Positions 9,994-19,534 of a DNA stretch of 64,000 nt are shown here, in pieces. Origin of the DNA: Pyrinomonadaceae bacterium (lineage in GTDB: Bacteria > Acidobacteriota > Blastocatellia > Pyrinomonadales > Pyrinomonadaceae). The notes beneath the pieces are model-generated. The model did not search any database and had not been told where the DNA came from. It worked only from the letters and a program-made list of their open reading frames with translations. Both the position numbers and the translations under genes were made by a program. Positions within the stretch are counted from its first letter, which is position 1. The number at the start of each line of letters is the position of its first letter. Where the stretch lies: assembly GCA_046313635.1 (NCBI GenBank), contig JBKBYA010000013.1:9795-73794 (forward strand), in the 5' to 3' direction.

Positions 9994-10297
9994 ATCGCTC
10001 GCCGAAAAGATCGCCCAGCTTATCGAGTCAGAGAGGCCGCAGCCCGCTGACCTTGCGTCGATCTTTGCGAGCATCGAAAAATTGAATCATCGGCTCGACA
10101 AGCTCGAGTCCTCGCTTTCTCAGAATTCCGCAGCCCGCGTTTCCCATTCGGCGCATCCGAGCGTTGAGAGGTTCAATGTCGCCGAGGCGATCGCCGACGC
10201 TCTCTTCGACGCCAAGACAAAAGAAAAGGCCTGCACGTTCGAGCCGAACGCGAGGCCTTGCGATAACTGCGGGTTGTGCAGCTCCCGCGGATTCTAG
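9980..10297 (+). CDS. Hypothetical protein with amphipathic N-terminal helices and C-terminal Cys cluster
   Basis: Overlaps the previous gene by 14 nt (operonic). N-terminus ESLAEKIAQLIESE, C-terminus CTFEPNARPCDNCGLC (C-x9-C-x2-C-x2-C). No family recognised. Confidence 0.5.
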   Translation: MKQRESLAEKIAQLIESERPQPADLASIFASIEKLNHRLDKLESSLSQNSAARVSHSAHPSVERFNVAEAIADALFDAKTKEKACTFEPNARPCDNCGLCSSRGF

Positions 10298-10953
10298 CGA
10301 TCTGCCGGAGCGGCCGGCTGCGCGGGGGCAGCCGGTGCGGTCTGGTTTCTCCGCATTGCGTTCGGGTCGCCGATGTCGGGCGCCTGACGTGATGACGGGT
10401 CGGCCTGGAAGAACGGCTCTTCTTTGAATCCGAGCAGACCGGCCGTGAGCACCGCCGGGAAAGAATTTCTCGTCGTGTTGTAATCGGTCACCGCCGCGTT
10501 GTAATCGTCACGAGCGACCTTGATACGGTTCTCGGTGCCGGCCAGCTCGGTTTGCACGTTCATGAACGCCTCGGTCGAACGCAGCTGCGGATACGATTCC
10601 TGCAGGCTCAGTAGTCGGCCGAGAGTGCCGCCAAAACTGTTGTTTGCCTCGATGATCGCCTGGACCTGCTCGGGCGACCGTCCGCCTTCGGCCGCCGGCG
10701 GGGCTGACGTCGCGTTCAGCAGCCGTGAACGGGCCTCGGCGATCTGGCCAAAGACCTCCTGCTCCTGCACGCCTGCCATCTGCGCCGCCTTGACGAGATT
10801 GGGCACGAGATCGGCACGCCTCTGCAGTGCGCTCTCGACGTTGGCCCAGGCGCCGCGCACCTTCTGCTGCTTGGCCGTCAATTCGTTGTAACTGCAGCCG
10901 CTCAGGCCAAAGGCCGCAAGCATTACGATCGTTAACAAAAGAACTTTTTTCAT
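10294..10953 (-). CDS. LemA family lipoprotein
   Basis: Lipobox LSGC and the LemA core (VRGAWANVESALQRRADLVPNLV..AQ..LRSTEAFMNVQTELAGTENRI..AR..YN). Confidence 0.9.
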   Translation of the reverse strand: MKKVLLLTIVMLAAFGLSGCSYNELTAKQQKVRGAWANVESALQRRADLVPNLVKAAQMAGVQEQEVFGQIAEARSRLLNATSAPPAAEGGRSPEQVQAIIEANNSFGGTLGRLLSLQESYPQLRSTEAFMNVQTELAGTENRIKVARDDYNAAVTDYNTTRNSFPAVLTAGLLGFKEEPFFQADPSSRQAPDIGDPNAMRRNQTAPAAPAQPAAPADR

Positions 10954-11027
10954 AGCTTCACTCCTCTAAAGACTCCAAACAGATATCGTATCCAAAACCA
11001 AGTAACGAACGGGAGCAACTTACGGGA

Positions 11028-11753
11028 TCAAGCGGCGTCGAGACGGTCGACAGCGTCGATGACCGCCTCGATCTGCGTCATATATTCGCCAAACAATTCG
11101 TTTGCCTCAGACTCGGTCATTCGGTGATCGAGATTGTCGCCGCGGACGTTAAAGATCTTTTCAAATACCGTACCGTCGAGACCGAGCCGTTCGACGGCGA
11201 GGGCCACGACCTCGTGCTTTTTTACCGGCGGCCGCAGACCGTGCAGCAGCAGCACCGCGCGAAACAGTGTCGCAAAGCTCGCGAGACTGTCGGCCATCAG
11301 ATCCTGAAGTCCCTCGACAGACGCCGATGCCGGGATGTACTGCCGCCGGAGCAGCAGCAGCTTGCTCCGAAGCTCATACTCGGTCTGGTGTCGCAGGTTT
11401 GCGTCGGTGAGTTTGATGTCGGCAAGCAGGTCCGGGCCGTAGAGCACGCGACGCGCAGCCTCGATCTGGCGAAACTCGATCGGGAAGACATCGGCCGCAT
11501 TCTCGAGCTCGGACGCGGTGAAATAGATCGGCACCGGATGGCCGAGCTTCGCCCATTCGCGGACGGCGGCGTGAGCGTTTCTCAGATCGCTCGGCCCTAT
11601 CTGCCGCAGCACGACCAGCAGATTCTGCTCCGACGGCAGGCCGCCGTCGTCGCCCGCCGCGGCGGCCCCGTATAGGACGACCGAAACGAGGTTGCTGCCG
11701 TGCGTCGCCCGCAGATCTTCGATGAATGCCTGGTACTGTTGTCTCATCGTCAT
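11028..11753 (-). CDS. Hypothetical protein with degenerate nucleotidyltransferase-fold N-terminus
   Basis: VVLYGAAAAGD..SEQNLLVVL resembles the pol-beta NTase hG[GS]..DxD region, but the Ser and both Asp are substituted. Helical C-terminal half. Confidence 0.5.
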   Translation of the reverse strand: MTMRQQYQAFIEDLRATHGSNLVSVVLYGAAAAGDDGGLPSEQNLLVVLRQIGPSDLRNAHAAVREWAKLGHPVPIYFTASELENAADVFPIEFRQIEAARRVLYGPDLLADIKLTDANLRHQTEYELRSKLLLLRRQYIPASASVEGLQDLMADSLASFATLFRAVLLLHGLRPPVKKHEVVALAVERLGLDGTVFEKIFNVRGDNLDHRMTESEANELFGEYMTQIEAVIDAVDRLDAA

Positions 11754-11810
11754 CTCGTTCTAGTTGTGATCGTGATGTTCACCACCTGCCTGTCCACGGA
11801 TCACCGTCAA

Positions 11811-12725
11811 TTACCAGCTTCCGCCCGAGCCGCCGCCGCCGAAATCGCCTCCGCCGCCAAAGCCGCCAAAGCCTCCTCCTCCACCGCCGAAGCCGCCGCC
11901 GAAGCCTCCCCAATCGCTCGACGATCCGCCGCGCGACGAGGCCGCGTTCGCGATCATCGAGCCGATGATCCACGGAAGCACGTCGCCGCCGCCTCCGCCG
12001 CCCCAGCCCCCGCGTCCGCCGCGGCCGCCGCGCGACGACAGCATCACGATCAGGAGCAAGATCCCGATGCCGATGAAGCAGATCAGCCCGGAGCCGCTGC
12101 TGCGGATGCGAGCAGGCGTGCCGCTGCGGGGCGTCGGAGTCGGTGTCGCCGATGCGATGCCGCCGCGGCGCTCGTTGATCGTTCGGATGTAGGCGTCGAC
12201 AGTGTCGGCGATGCCTTTAGCGTAATTGCCTTTGCGGAACTCAGGCACGAGGTACTGCCGCTGAATGCTGCCGGCGAGCGCGTCAGGCAGCTCGTCCTCG
12301 AGATCGCGGCTGATCTGCGTGAAATACTTCCGGTCGTCGATCGCGACCAGAAGCAAAGCACTCGGGTTGTCGTCCTCTTGTGAACCGATCTTCCAGCCCC
12401 GGGCAACGGCAAGCGAATAATCGAAGATGTCGCGTTCGCCGGTCGTTCGAACCACGACGACGGCGATCTCGGTCGAGGGCGAAGAGGTGTCGCGAAAATT
12501 CTTCAGCTTCTCTTCGAGCTGCTGTTTGGTCGCGGCGTCGATCACGCCGGCGAAGTCATTGACGAATCCGGTCGGTGCGGGCAGCGGGGAAGTGTTGATC
12601 GAGAAGTCCTGCGAGCCTGACTGTTCGCCCTGCGCCAAAACGGCGATGCCCGCGGCGATCATCACGATCGACGCGAGCACACAAGCACGCAGCTTCACCG
12701 GGGCAGACATTCTAAACATCGGCAA
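11811..12725 (-). CDS. TPM-domain protein (YgcG-like) with Gly-rich C-terminal tail
   Basis: FVNDFAGVIDAATKQQLEEKL..EIAVVVV..ALLLVAIDDRKYFTQISRDLE is the TPM phosphatase-like domain, followed by a TM helix and GGGFGG low-complexity tail. Same strand as LemA. Confidence 0.85.
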   Translation of the reverse strand: MPMFRMSAPVKLRACVLASIVMIAAGIAVLAQGEQSGSQDFSINTSPLPAPTGFVNDFAGVIDAATKQQLEEKLKNFRDTSSPSTEIAVVVVRTTGERDIFDYSLAVARGWKIGSQEDDNPSALLLVAIDDRKYFTQISRDLEDELPDALAGSIQRQYLVPEFRKGNYAKGIADTVDAYIRTINERRGGIASATPTPTPRSGTPARIRSSGSGLICFIGIGILLLIVMLSSRGGRGGRGGWGGGGGGDVLPWIIGSMIANAASSRGGSSSDWGGFGGGFGGGGGGFGGFGGGGDFGGGGSGGSW

Positions 12726-12785
12726 TAAAATAATTTTGCCAGATATGGGTTGAATACGAAAGAAATGGTCCGGGCGTTCCGCGAG

Positions 12786-14588
<1,803 letters not shown>

Positions 14589-14594
14589 CGGTAG

Positions 14595-14676
14595 AAAGGA
14601 TAAAGGATGAAGGATGAAGGATAAAGGGAAGAGCGGCGATCGTGCGGCCGCGGTCCCTGATCCTTCATCCTTTAAG
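14595..14676. repeat. Heptamer-array hairpin (unit AAGGATG / CATCCTT) between SRP RNA and dnaX
   Basis: aaggata aaggatg aaggatg aaggata aaggga, then a 24-nt GC loop, then tccctgatccttcatcctttaag. Confidence 0.8.
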
Positions 14677-14682
14677 AAACTG

Positions 14683-14785
14683 GTGGCTTCAGACTTACCC
14701 GCAACACAGGCTGAAATCGCTACCGTTGCTCGATTCCTCGCCTAGCGGATTCACGACTCAAACCTTGTGCGGAGCCTGAAGCCGT
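14683..14785 (-). ncRNA. ffs: Signal recognition particle RNA (small/4.5S type)
   Basis: Minus strand: 5' ggcuucag pairs with 3' cugaagcc. Domain IV motif AGG-CGA-GGAA-UCG-AGCA-ACGGUAG (GGAA tetraloop plus AGCA). ffs immediately upstream of dnaX is a common synteny. Confidence 0.75.
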
Positions 14786-14791
14786 ATGTGA

Positions 14792-14869
14792 ATTTTGGAT
14801 TTTAGATTTTGGATTGTCGAAAAACGGTCGCTTACTTCAATCCGAAATCCGAAATCTAAAATCCAAAAT
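14792..14869. repeat. Heptamer-array hairpin (unit ATTTTGG / CCGAAAT) between tRNA-Ser and SRP RNA
   Basis: attttgg attttag attttgg attg, then loop, then caatccgaaatccgaaatctaaaatccaaaat. Confidence 0.8.
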
Positions 14870-14874
14870 CGATC

Positions 14875-14965
14875 TGGCGGAAAGGGTGGGATTCGAACCC
14901 ACGGTACCCTTTTGAGGTACACAGCATTTCCAGTGCTGCCAGTTCAACCACTCCTGCACCTTTCC
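14875..14965 (-). tRNA. tRNA-Ser (anticodon GGA), CCA encoded
   Basis: Minus strand GGAAAGGTGCAGGAGTGGTTGAACTGGCAGCACTGGAAATGCTG..long variable arm..GGGTTCGAATCCCACCCTTTCCGCCA. Anticodon loop CU-GGA-AA. Confidence 0.9.
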
Positions 14966-14966
14966 G

Positions 14967-15048
14967 GGAATTAAAAATTCCAAATTTCAAATTCCAAATT
15001 TAGGCTTGCCTCGATCAATCTGGAATTTGGAATTTGGAATCCTTAATC
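14967..15048. repeat. Heptamer-array hairpin (unit AAATTCC / GGAATTT) between the two tRNA-Ser genes
   Basis: aaattcc aaatttc aaattcc aaattta, then loop, then tggaatt tggaatt tggaatc. Same unit type as 24592..24636. Confidence 0.8.
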
Positions 15049-15053
15049 GATCG

Positions 15054-15144
<91 letters not shown>

Positions 15145-15200
15145 GCGCGAAGTGTTAATTCTAAGTGCCGCCTTCGGAATGCGCAAGTCACGATCAAAAA

Positions 15201-15365
15201 GTCAGAACCGCCCCGCGTAAGCGGGCGGGTCGAACCATCGGCGACTTATTTGTCGGGGAAATACGCGAGAGATCGCGAAAGCAAATTGGGCGAAAGAGCC
15301 CGCCCGCTTGCGCGGGTGGTTCTGACGGGCAAAAGAGCCCGCCCGCTTACGCGGGTGGTTCTGAC
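15201..15365. repeat. REP-like palindromic elements: three ~31-bp copies (one inverted, two tandem)
   Basis: gtcagaaccgccccgcGTAAgcgggcgggtc (15201-15231) is the reverse complement of gagcccgcccgcttgcgcgggtggttctgac (15296-15326) and gagcccgcccgcttacgcgggtggttctgac (15335-15365). Each has a CCCGC/GCGGG stem with a GNRA-type loop. Confidence 0.8.
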
Positions 15366-15826
15366 CGGCGTCTTGCTCTGAAAAACTCCTGCATCAGCGA
15401 GCGGCATTCTTCCTGCAGCACTCCGCCGCGGATCTCAAAGCGGTGATTCAACAGTTCGCTCGTTCCGATGCCGAAATGCGTGACCAGTCCGCCAAAGCGC
15501 TCGTCGGCAGCGCCGTAAACCACGCGTGCGACCCGCGCACCGACGAGAGCACCGGCGCACATTACGCACGGTTCGATGGTCGTGTAGAGCGTTGTGCCGG
15601 TGAGGCGATAGTTGCCGAGCTTGCGCGCGGCCTCGCGCAGGGCGAGGACCTCGGCGTGGGCGGTCGGGTCGCTCTCGGCGATCGTACGATTCGAGGCCGA
15701 TGCGAGCAACTCACCATTCTCGTCGACAACGCACGCTCCGACGGGCACCTCGTCGAGGTCGCGAGCCTCGCGTGCGCGTGCGAGGGCCTCGCGCATCCAG
15801 ATCTCGTCTTCGATCGTCTCGTGCAT
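15347..15826 (-). CDS. tadA: tRNA adenosine(34) deaminase
   Basis: HAEVLALREA and TIEPCVMCAGAL zinc motifs. Start trimmed to MHETIEDEIWM (cat 15824-15826). The last ~7 codons and the stop lie inside REP copy C. Confidence 0.9.
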   Translation of the reverse strand: MHETIEDEIWMREALARAREARDLDEVPVGACVVDENGELLASASNRTIAESDPTAHAEVLALREAARKLGNYRLTGTTLYTTIEPCVMCAGALVGARVARVVYGAADERFGGLVTHFGIGTSELLNHRFEIRGGVLQEECRSLMQEFFRARRRSEPPA

Positions 15827-15971
15827 CGGTCTGATTGTAACTCGCCGCCTTGCCCGCTCCAACGACGAGAACATTCGCGAATTCCTTGCATCTAAAGGCC
15901 TAGAATGTAAAATGGCGAGTGGCGGGCGGCAGCCCTGCGGAGCTGCCCGCCGTTCTTTGGACCCTATCATT

Positions 15972-16892
15972 ATGAAAGACGAGGTCAGACTCGGTTCCCC
16001 CTCGGTCGGCCAGGCGGTCGACGACGATATTCACACAACAAACGTGCCCGAGGCATTCCGTTCTTTTGCCGAGGAGGTCCGCCGCCGAAATCAAAAGGCC
16101 AAGTCCACCCCGCTTACCATTGCGCAAAAGCTGCAGCCCGCCGAATTCAATACCGCGATGGTCCACTTCTACCGCGGCGAGGTGCAGAGGTCAAACACCT
16201 GGCGCAACCGCCTCGATACAACGACCAACTGGGCCGTGATCACGGCGGGCGCGACGCTGTCGTTCGTTTTCAGCTCGCCGGGAAATCCGCATTTCGCCAT
16301 TCCGATCAACACGCTTTTGGTGGCCACCTTCCTGATGATGGAGGCGCGGCGCTACCGGTACTACGAGGTCTGGGCCAACCGTGTGCGCGTTGTCGAGACC
16401 GGCTACTTTGCGCCGATGCTGTCGCAGCGCACGGTGCCGCCCGATCAGGAATGGGCCGAGCACATCTCTGCCGATCTGGTCTCGCCGCACTTCACGATCA
16501 GCGAGTGGGAGGCGGTCGGCCGGCGTCTGCGGGCGAATTATCTCTGGATATTCCTGCTGCTCTCGCTGAGCTGGATGCTGAAGCTGTACATCCATCCCGA
16601 GCCGGCGGCGGACGTCGCGGAGTTTGTTCAGCGCGCAAAGATCGGGCTGCTCCCGGGCCCGGTCGTCTTTGCCGGCCTGATCGGATTCAATATGGCGATG
16701 TTCTTTATCGCGATGACGACGCGCAAGCTCAATCAGTCCTCGAGCGAGGTGCTCCCGATGGCCGACTTTGAATGGCATCCTTTCAAGCAGGTCTCGGACT
16801 GGGCCGAGAGCAGCCTCAAACGACGCAGCACCATCCGCCGCTCAAAAAAGGCCCGCAACCGCCTGCGGGCGATCCACAAGACAGAGGCGTGA
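15972..16892 (+). CDS. DUF2270-like membrane protein
   Basis: ..FYRGEVQRSNTWRNRLDTTTNWAVITAGATLSF..LMMEARRYRYYEVW.. The first ~120 codons of the track ORF are antisense to tadA and were trimmed. Start 15972 (MKDEV) or 15912 is uncertain. Confidence 0.65.
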   Translation: MKDEVRLGSPSVGQAVDDDIHTTNVPEAFRSFAEEVRRRNQKAKSTPLTIAQKLQPAEFNTAMVHFYRGEVQRSNTWRNRLDTTTNWAVITAGATLSFVFSSPGNPHFAIPINTLLVATFLMMEARRYRYYEVWANRVRVVETGYFAPMLSQRTVPPDQEWAEHISADLVSPHFTISEWEAVGRRLRANYLWIFLLLSLSWMLKLYIHPEPAADVAEFVQRAKIGLLPGPVVFAGLIGFNMAMFFIAMTTRKLNQSSSEVLPMADFEWHPFKQVSDWAESSLKRRSTIRRSKKARNRLRAIHKTEA

Positions 16893-17024
16893 CGGCCCTT
16901 CAAGCTCCGACGCCCGACACCGCGAGCAGAACGACGCCGGTTGTCGGGCATTCGACTTTGTATCGCGCGTGCTGATATTTTTTTTGCTGACCGAAAGATC
17001 TTTTTTGACAAGGAGAACCGACAA

Positions 17025-17315
17025 ATGCCGATCGAACTGGAAGACCGCGGGCAGGCGCTCGAGAACGAGTACTTTCGCCGCAAAGAGCAGGAACTGATCC
17101 AAAAAATGAAGCAGAAGCTCGAGGCCGAGTCGACGCGCAGCCTCGAGATAAAGTGCCCAAAGTGTGACGGCACGCTGCACGAGACCGACTTTGACGGCGT
17201 CAAGATCGACGTCTGCGGCGGCTGCTCGGGCGTCTGGCTCGACGCGGGCGAGCTGGCGCAGATCGCCGGCAAGGACGAGAAGGGATCGGGCTGGTTTGGG
17301 CGATTCTTTTCGTAG
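17025..17315 (+). CDS. Zinc-ribbon (zf-TFIIB-like) domain protein
   Basis: AGGAGA 9 nt upstream of the ATG. CPKCDG..x..CGGCSGVWLDAGEL matches the TFIIB-type Zn-ribbon family. Confidence 0.7.
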   Translation: MPIELEDRGQALENEYFRRKEQELIQKMKQKLEAESTRSLEIKCPKCDGTLHETDFDGVKIDVCGGCSGVWLDAGELAQIAGKDEKGSGWFGRFFS

Positions 17316-17336
17316 AGCGCCGAGACCTGGATCGAA

Positions 17337-17804
17337 ATGAAAAGCCGATATCTGCACGCGTCGATCGTGATAGCCGCAACCTTTGTGTTGACGGCAGCCG
17401 CACTCGCGCAGCAAAAGACGGTCGTCAGCGACAAGGCCGCGGCCGCGATGCTGCTCGGCCGGCACCGGCTGTCGCTGCAGTGGGTGAGCTGGGACCGCTT
17501 CGGCACGGCGACGGTGACCGATCGCGGCGGTGTCTATTTGCTCAAGGGCGAGCAGCGCGGACGCGGCCCGTCGCGCGGCGATCACTTGACGATCGACGGG
17601 CGGATCACGTCGATCTCGGCGAGAGAATTCAAGTTCGCCGGCAAGATCGTGACGCGTGTCAGCCATATCAACCGCGGCGAGCCGTGCGTGCGCGAGGGCG
17701 AATTCACGTTTCGCATCACCGGCAAGCGGCGGTACTGGCGTCTGCAGGAAATGGACAATCCGTGCGACGAGGCGACGGATTACGTGGACATTTACTTTAG
17801 ATAG
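17337..17804 (+). CDS. Hypothetical secreted protein
   Basis: Signal peptide (IVIAATFVLTAAALAQQ). No recognisable family. Followed by a hairpin. Confidence 0.5.
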   Translation: MKSRYLHASIVIAATFVLTAAALAQQKTVVSDKAAAAMLLGRHRLSLQWVSWDRFGTATVTDRGGVYLLKGEQRGRGPSRGDHLTIDGRITSISAREFKFAGKIVTRVSHINRGEPCVREGEFTFRITGKRRYWRLQEMDNPCDEATDYVDIYFR

Positions 17805-17807
17805 TTC

Positions 17808-17837
17808 GAGCGGGCCCGGCCCGCTCTTTGAGTTTTT
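17808..17837 (+). terminator. Possible intrinsic terminator
   Basis: gagcggg-cccgg-cccgctc stem-loop followed by tttgagttttt, directly before the next start codon. Confidence 0.45.
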
Positions 17838-19109
17838 ATGAAGACACTACTGGCGATCATCCTTACGCTCACGTGCTCGGCATTCGCTTTTTCGCAGACC
17901 GATCAGGCAAAGCGCGTCGCCGAGATCCAGGCCGCGCTGCAAAAGGCGAAACTCGACGGCTGGCTCTTTTACGATTTTCGCGGCAGCGACATTTTGATCC
18001 CGCGGATACTGCGCTCCGAGCGTATGAGCGGCTCGCGCCGCTGGTATTACTACGTCCCGGCGAGGGGCGAGCCGACCAAGGTCGTTCACGCGATCGAGCC
18101 CGAAAGGCTCGACGCGCTGCCGGGCAAAAAGCTTATCTATCGCGAGTGGCAGCTGATCAATTCAAATCTGAAGCAGGCGATCTTCGGCACCGCGAAGGGC
18201 AAGACGACCGCCCGCCGGCCGCGCGTCGCGATGCAGTACTCGCCAAACAACGACATCCCGTACATCTCGCGGGTGGACGCGGGCACGGTCGAGATGGTCC
18301 GCTCGCTCGGCGTCGACGTCGTCACGAGCGCCGATCTCGTTCAGCAGTTTGAGGCGGTCTGGACGCCCGAGCAGCTCGCGATGCACAACGAGGCCGCGGC
18401 GAAGATGCAGAAGATAATTCTCGAGACGTTTGCCGAGATCAAGCGGCGGATCAGCGACGATGTGCCGACAACCGAGATCGACATTCAGCAGTTCATGATG
18501 AAGCGCTACGGCGAGGTCGGCATGCAGCCGTCGCCGATGATCGTTGCCGTGAACGCAAACGCCGCCTCGCCGCATTACTTTCCGACAAAGGAGCGCAACT
18601 CGCCGATCCGCCGCGGCGACCTCGTGCTGATCGACACGGTCAGCAAACTCGCCAAGCCAAAAGCTCCGGCCGTCGATATGACCTGGGTCGGCTACGTCGG
18701 CGAGACCGTGCCGGAGGAATACACGCGGATCTGGAACATCGTCTATGAAGCGCAGCAGGCGGCGTTTAATTTTGTGCGCGATTCGTTTCGCGCCGGTAAG
18801 CCGATCCGCGGGGCCGACGTTGACGACGTCGCCCGCGGCATCATCCGCCGGGCCGGCTACGCGGACCGGTTCCTGCACCGCACCGGCCACTCGATCGGCG
18901 AAGAAGGTCACGGCAACGGCGCCAATATCGACAATCTCGAGACGCGCGACACGAGGATACTAATTCCCGGAACGGCATTCTCGATCGAGCCGGGGATCTA
19001 TCTCGAGGGCAAATTCGGCATCCGCTCGGAGATCGACGTGTACGTCAGCGACCGCGATGCCGTCATCACCGCGCCGCACCAGACCGAGATCATCGCGATA
19101 ATGAAATAG
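17838..19109 (+). CDS. M24 family metallopeptidase (Xaa-Pro aminopeptidase-like), secreted
   Basis: Signal peptide. Metal-ligand motifs DTV..D, HRTGHSIG, FSIEPGIY, SEID. Confidence 0.9.
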   Translation: MKTLLAIILTLTCSAFAFSQTDQAKRVAEIQAALQKAKLDGWLFYDFRGSDILIPRILRSERMSGSRRWYYYVPARGEPTKVVHAIEPERLDALPGKKLIYREWQLINSNLKQAIFGTAKGKTTARRPRVAMQYSPNNDIPYISRVDAGTVEMVRSLGVDVVTSADLVQQFEAVWTPEQLAMHNEAAAKMQKIILETFAEIKRRISDDVPTTEIDIQQFMMKRYGEVGMQPSPMIVAVNANAASPHYFPTKERNSPIRRGDLVLIDTVSKLAKPKAPAVDMTWVGYVGETVPEEYTRIWNIVYEAQQAAFNFVRDSFRAGKPIRGADVDDVARGIIRRAGYADRFLHRTGHSIGEEGHGNGANIDNLETRDTRILIPGTAFSIEPGIYLEGKFGIRSEIDVYVSDRDAVITAPHQTEIIAIMK

Positions 19110-19143
19110 CTGTCAGCGGTCAGCTTTCAGCGTTCGGCAGCGG
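19110..19143. repeat. Heptamer array (unit GGTCAGC), left flank of four-helix-bundle gene
   Basis: ctgtcagc ggtcagc tttcagc gttcggcagc. Complementary array at 19491..19528. Confidence 0.7.
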
Positions 19144-19149
19144 ATTGCT

Positions 19150-19509
19150 ATGAAAGACTTTAGGAAGTTAGCCGTTTGGCAGAAGTCCCATGAATTAGCT
19201 TTGGCGGTCTACTCGGTCACCGGCACTTTTCCGAGAGAAGAGATGTTTGGACTGACAAGCCAATTGAGACGTGCAACAGCGTCGATTCCTGCAAATATCG
19301 CGGAAGGTTGCGGTAAAGCGACGGATTCGGACTTTGCGCGTTTCCTTCAGATCGCGTTTGGTTCGGCGTGCGAAGTTGAATATCACTTAATCCTATCGCG
19401 GGATCTGCGGTACATCGGCGGAGAGAAATACGAGGAATTAAACACTGGCCTCGTCGAGATAAAGAGAATGCTCGCGTCGCTGATTTCCACGGTCAGGGCT
19501 GAACGCTGA
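19150..19509 (+). CDS. Four-helix-bundle protein (23S rRNA intervening-sequence protein / Avd-like family)
   Basis: KLAVWQKSHELALAVYSVTGTFPREEMFGLTSQLRRATASIPANIAEGCGK..FLQIAFGSACEVEYHLILSRDL is a textbook family signature. Confidence 0.9.
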   Translation: MKDFRKLAVWQKSHELALAVYSVTGTFPREEMFGLTSQLRRATASIPANIAEGCGKATDSDFARFLQIAFGSACEVEYHLILSRDLRYIGGEKYEELNTGLVEIKRMLASLISTVRAER

Positions 19510-19528
19510 CCGCTGAAGGCTGAGAGCT
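19491..19528. repeat. Heptamer array (unit GCTGACC), right flank; overlaps the last codons and stop of the four-helix-bundle gene
   Basis: ggtcagg gctgaac gctgacc gctgaag gctgaga gct. The TGA stop lies within the gctgacc unit. Confidence 0.7.
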
Positions 19529-19534
19529 TACACT

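Noticed and set aside
15201-15365. Possible CRISPR array. The repeat GTCAGAACCACCCGCG.AAGCGGGCGGGCTC resembles type I CRISPR repeats in length and palindromic core.
   Set aside because: There are only two direct copies, separated by 8 nt with no spacer-sized unique sequence. A third copy is inverted, and no cas genes are nearby. This behaves like a REP/BIME element.
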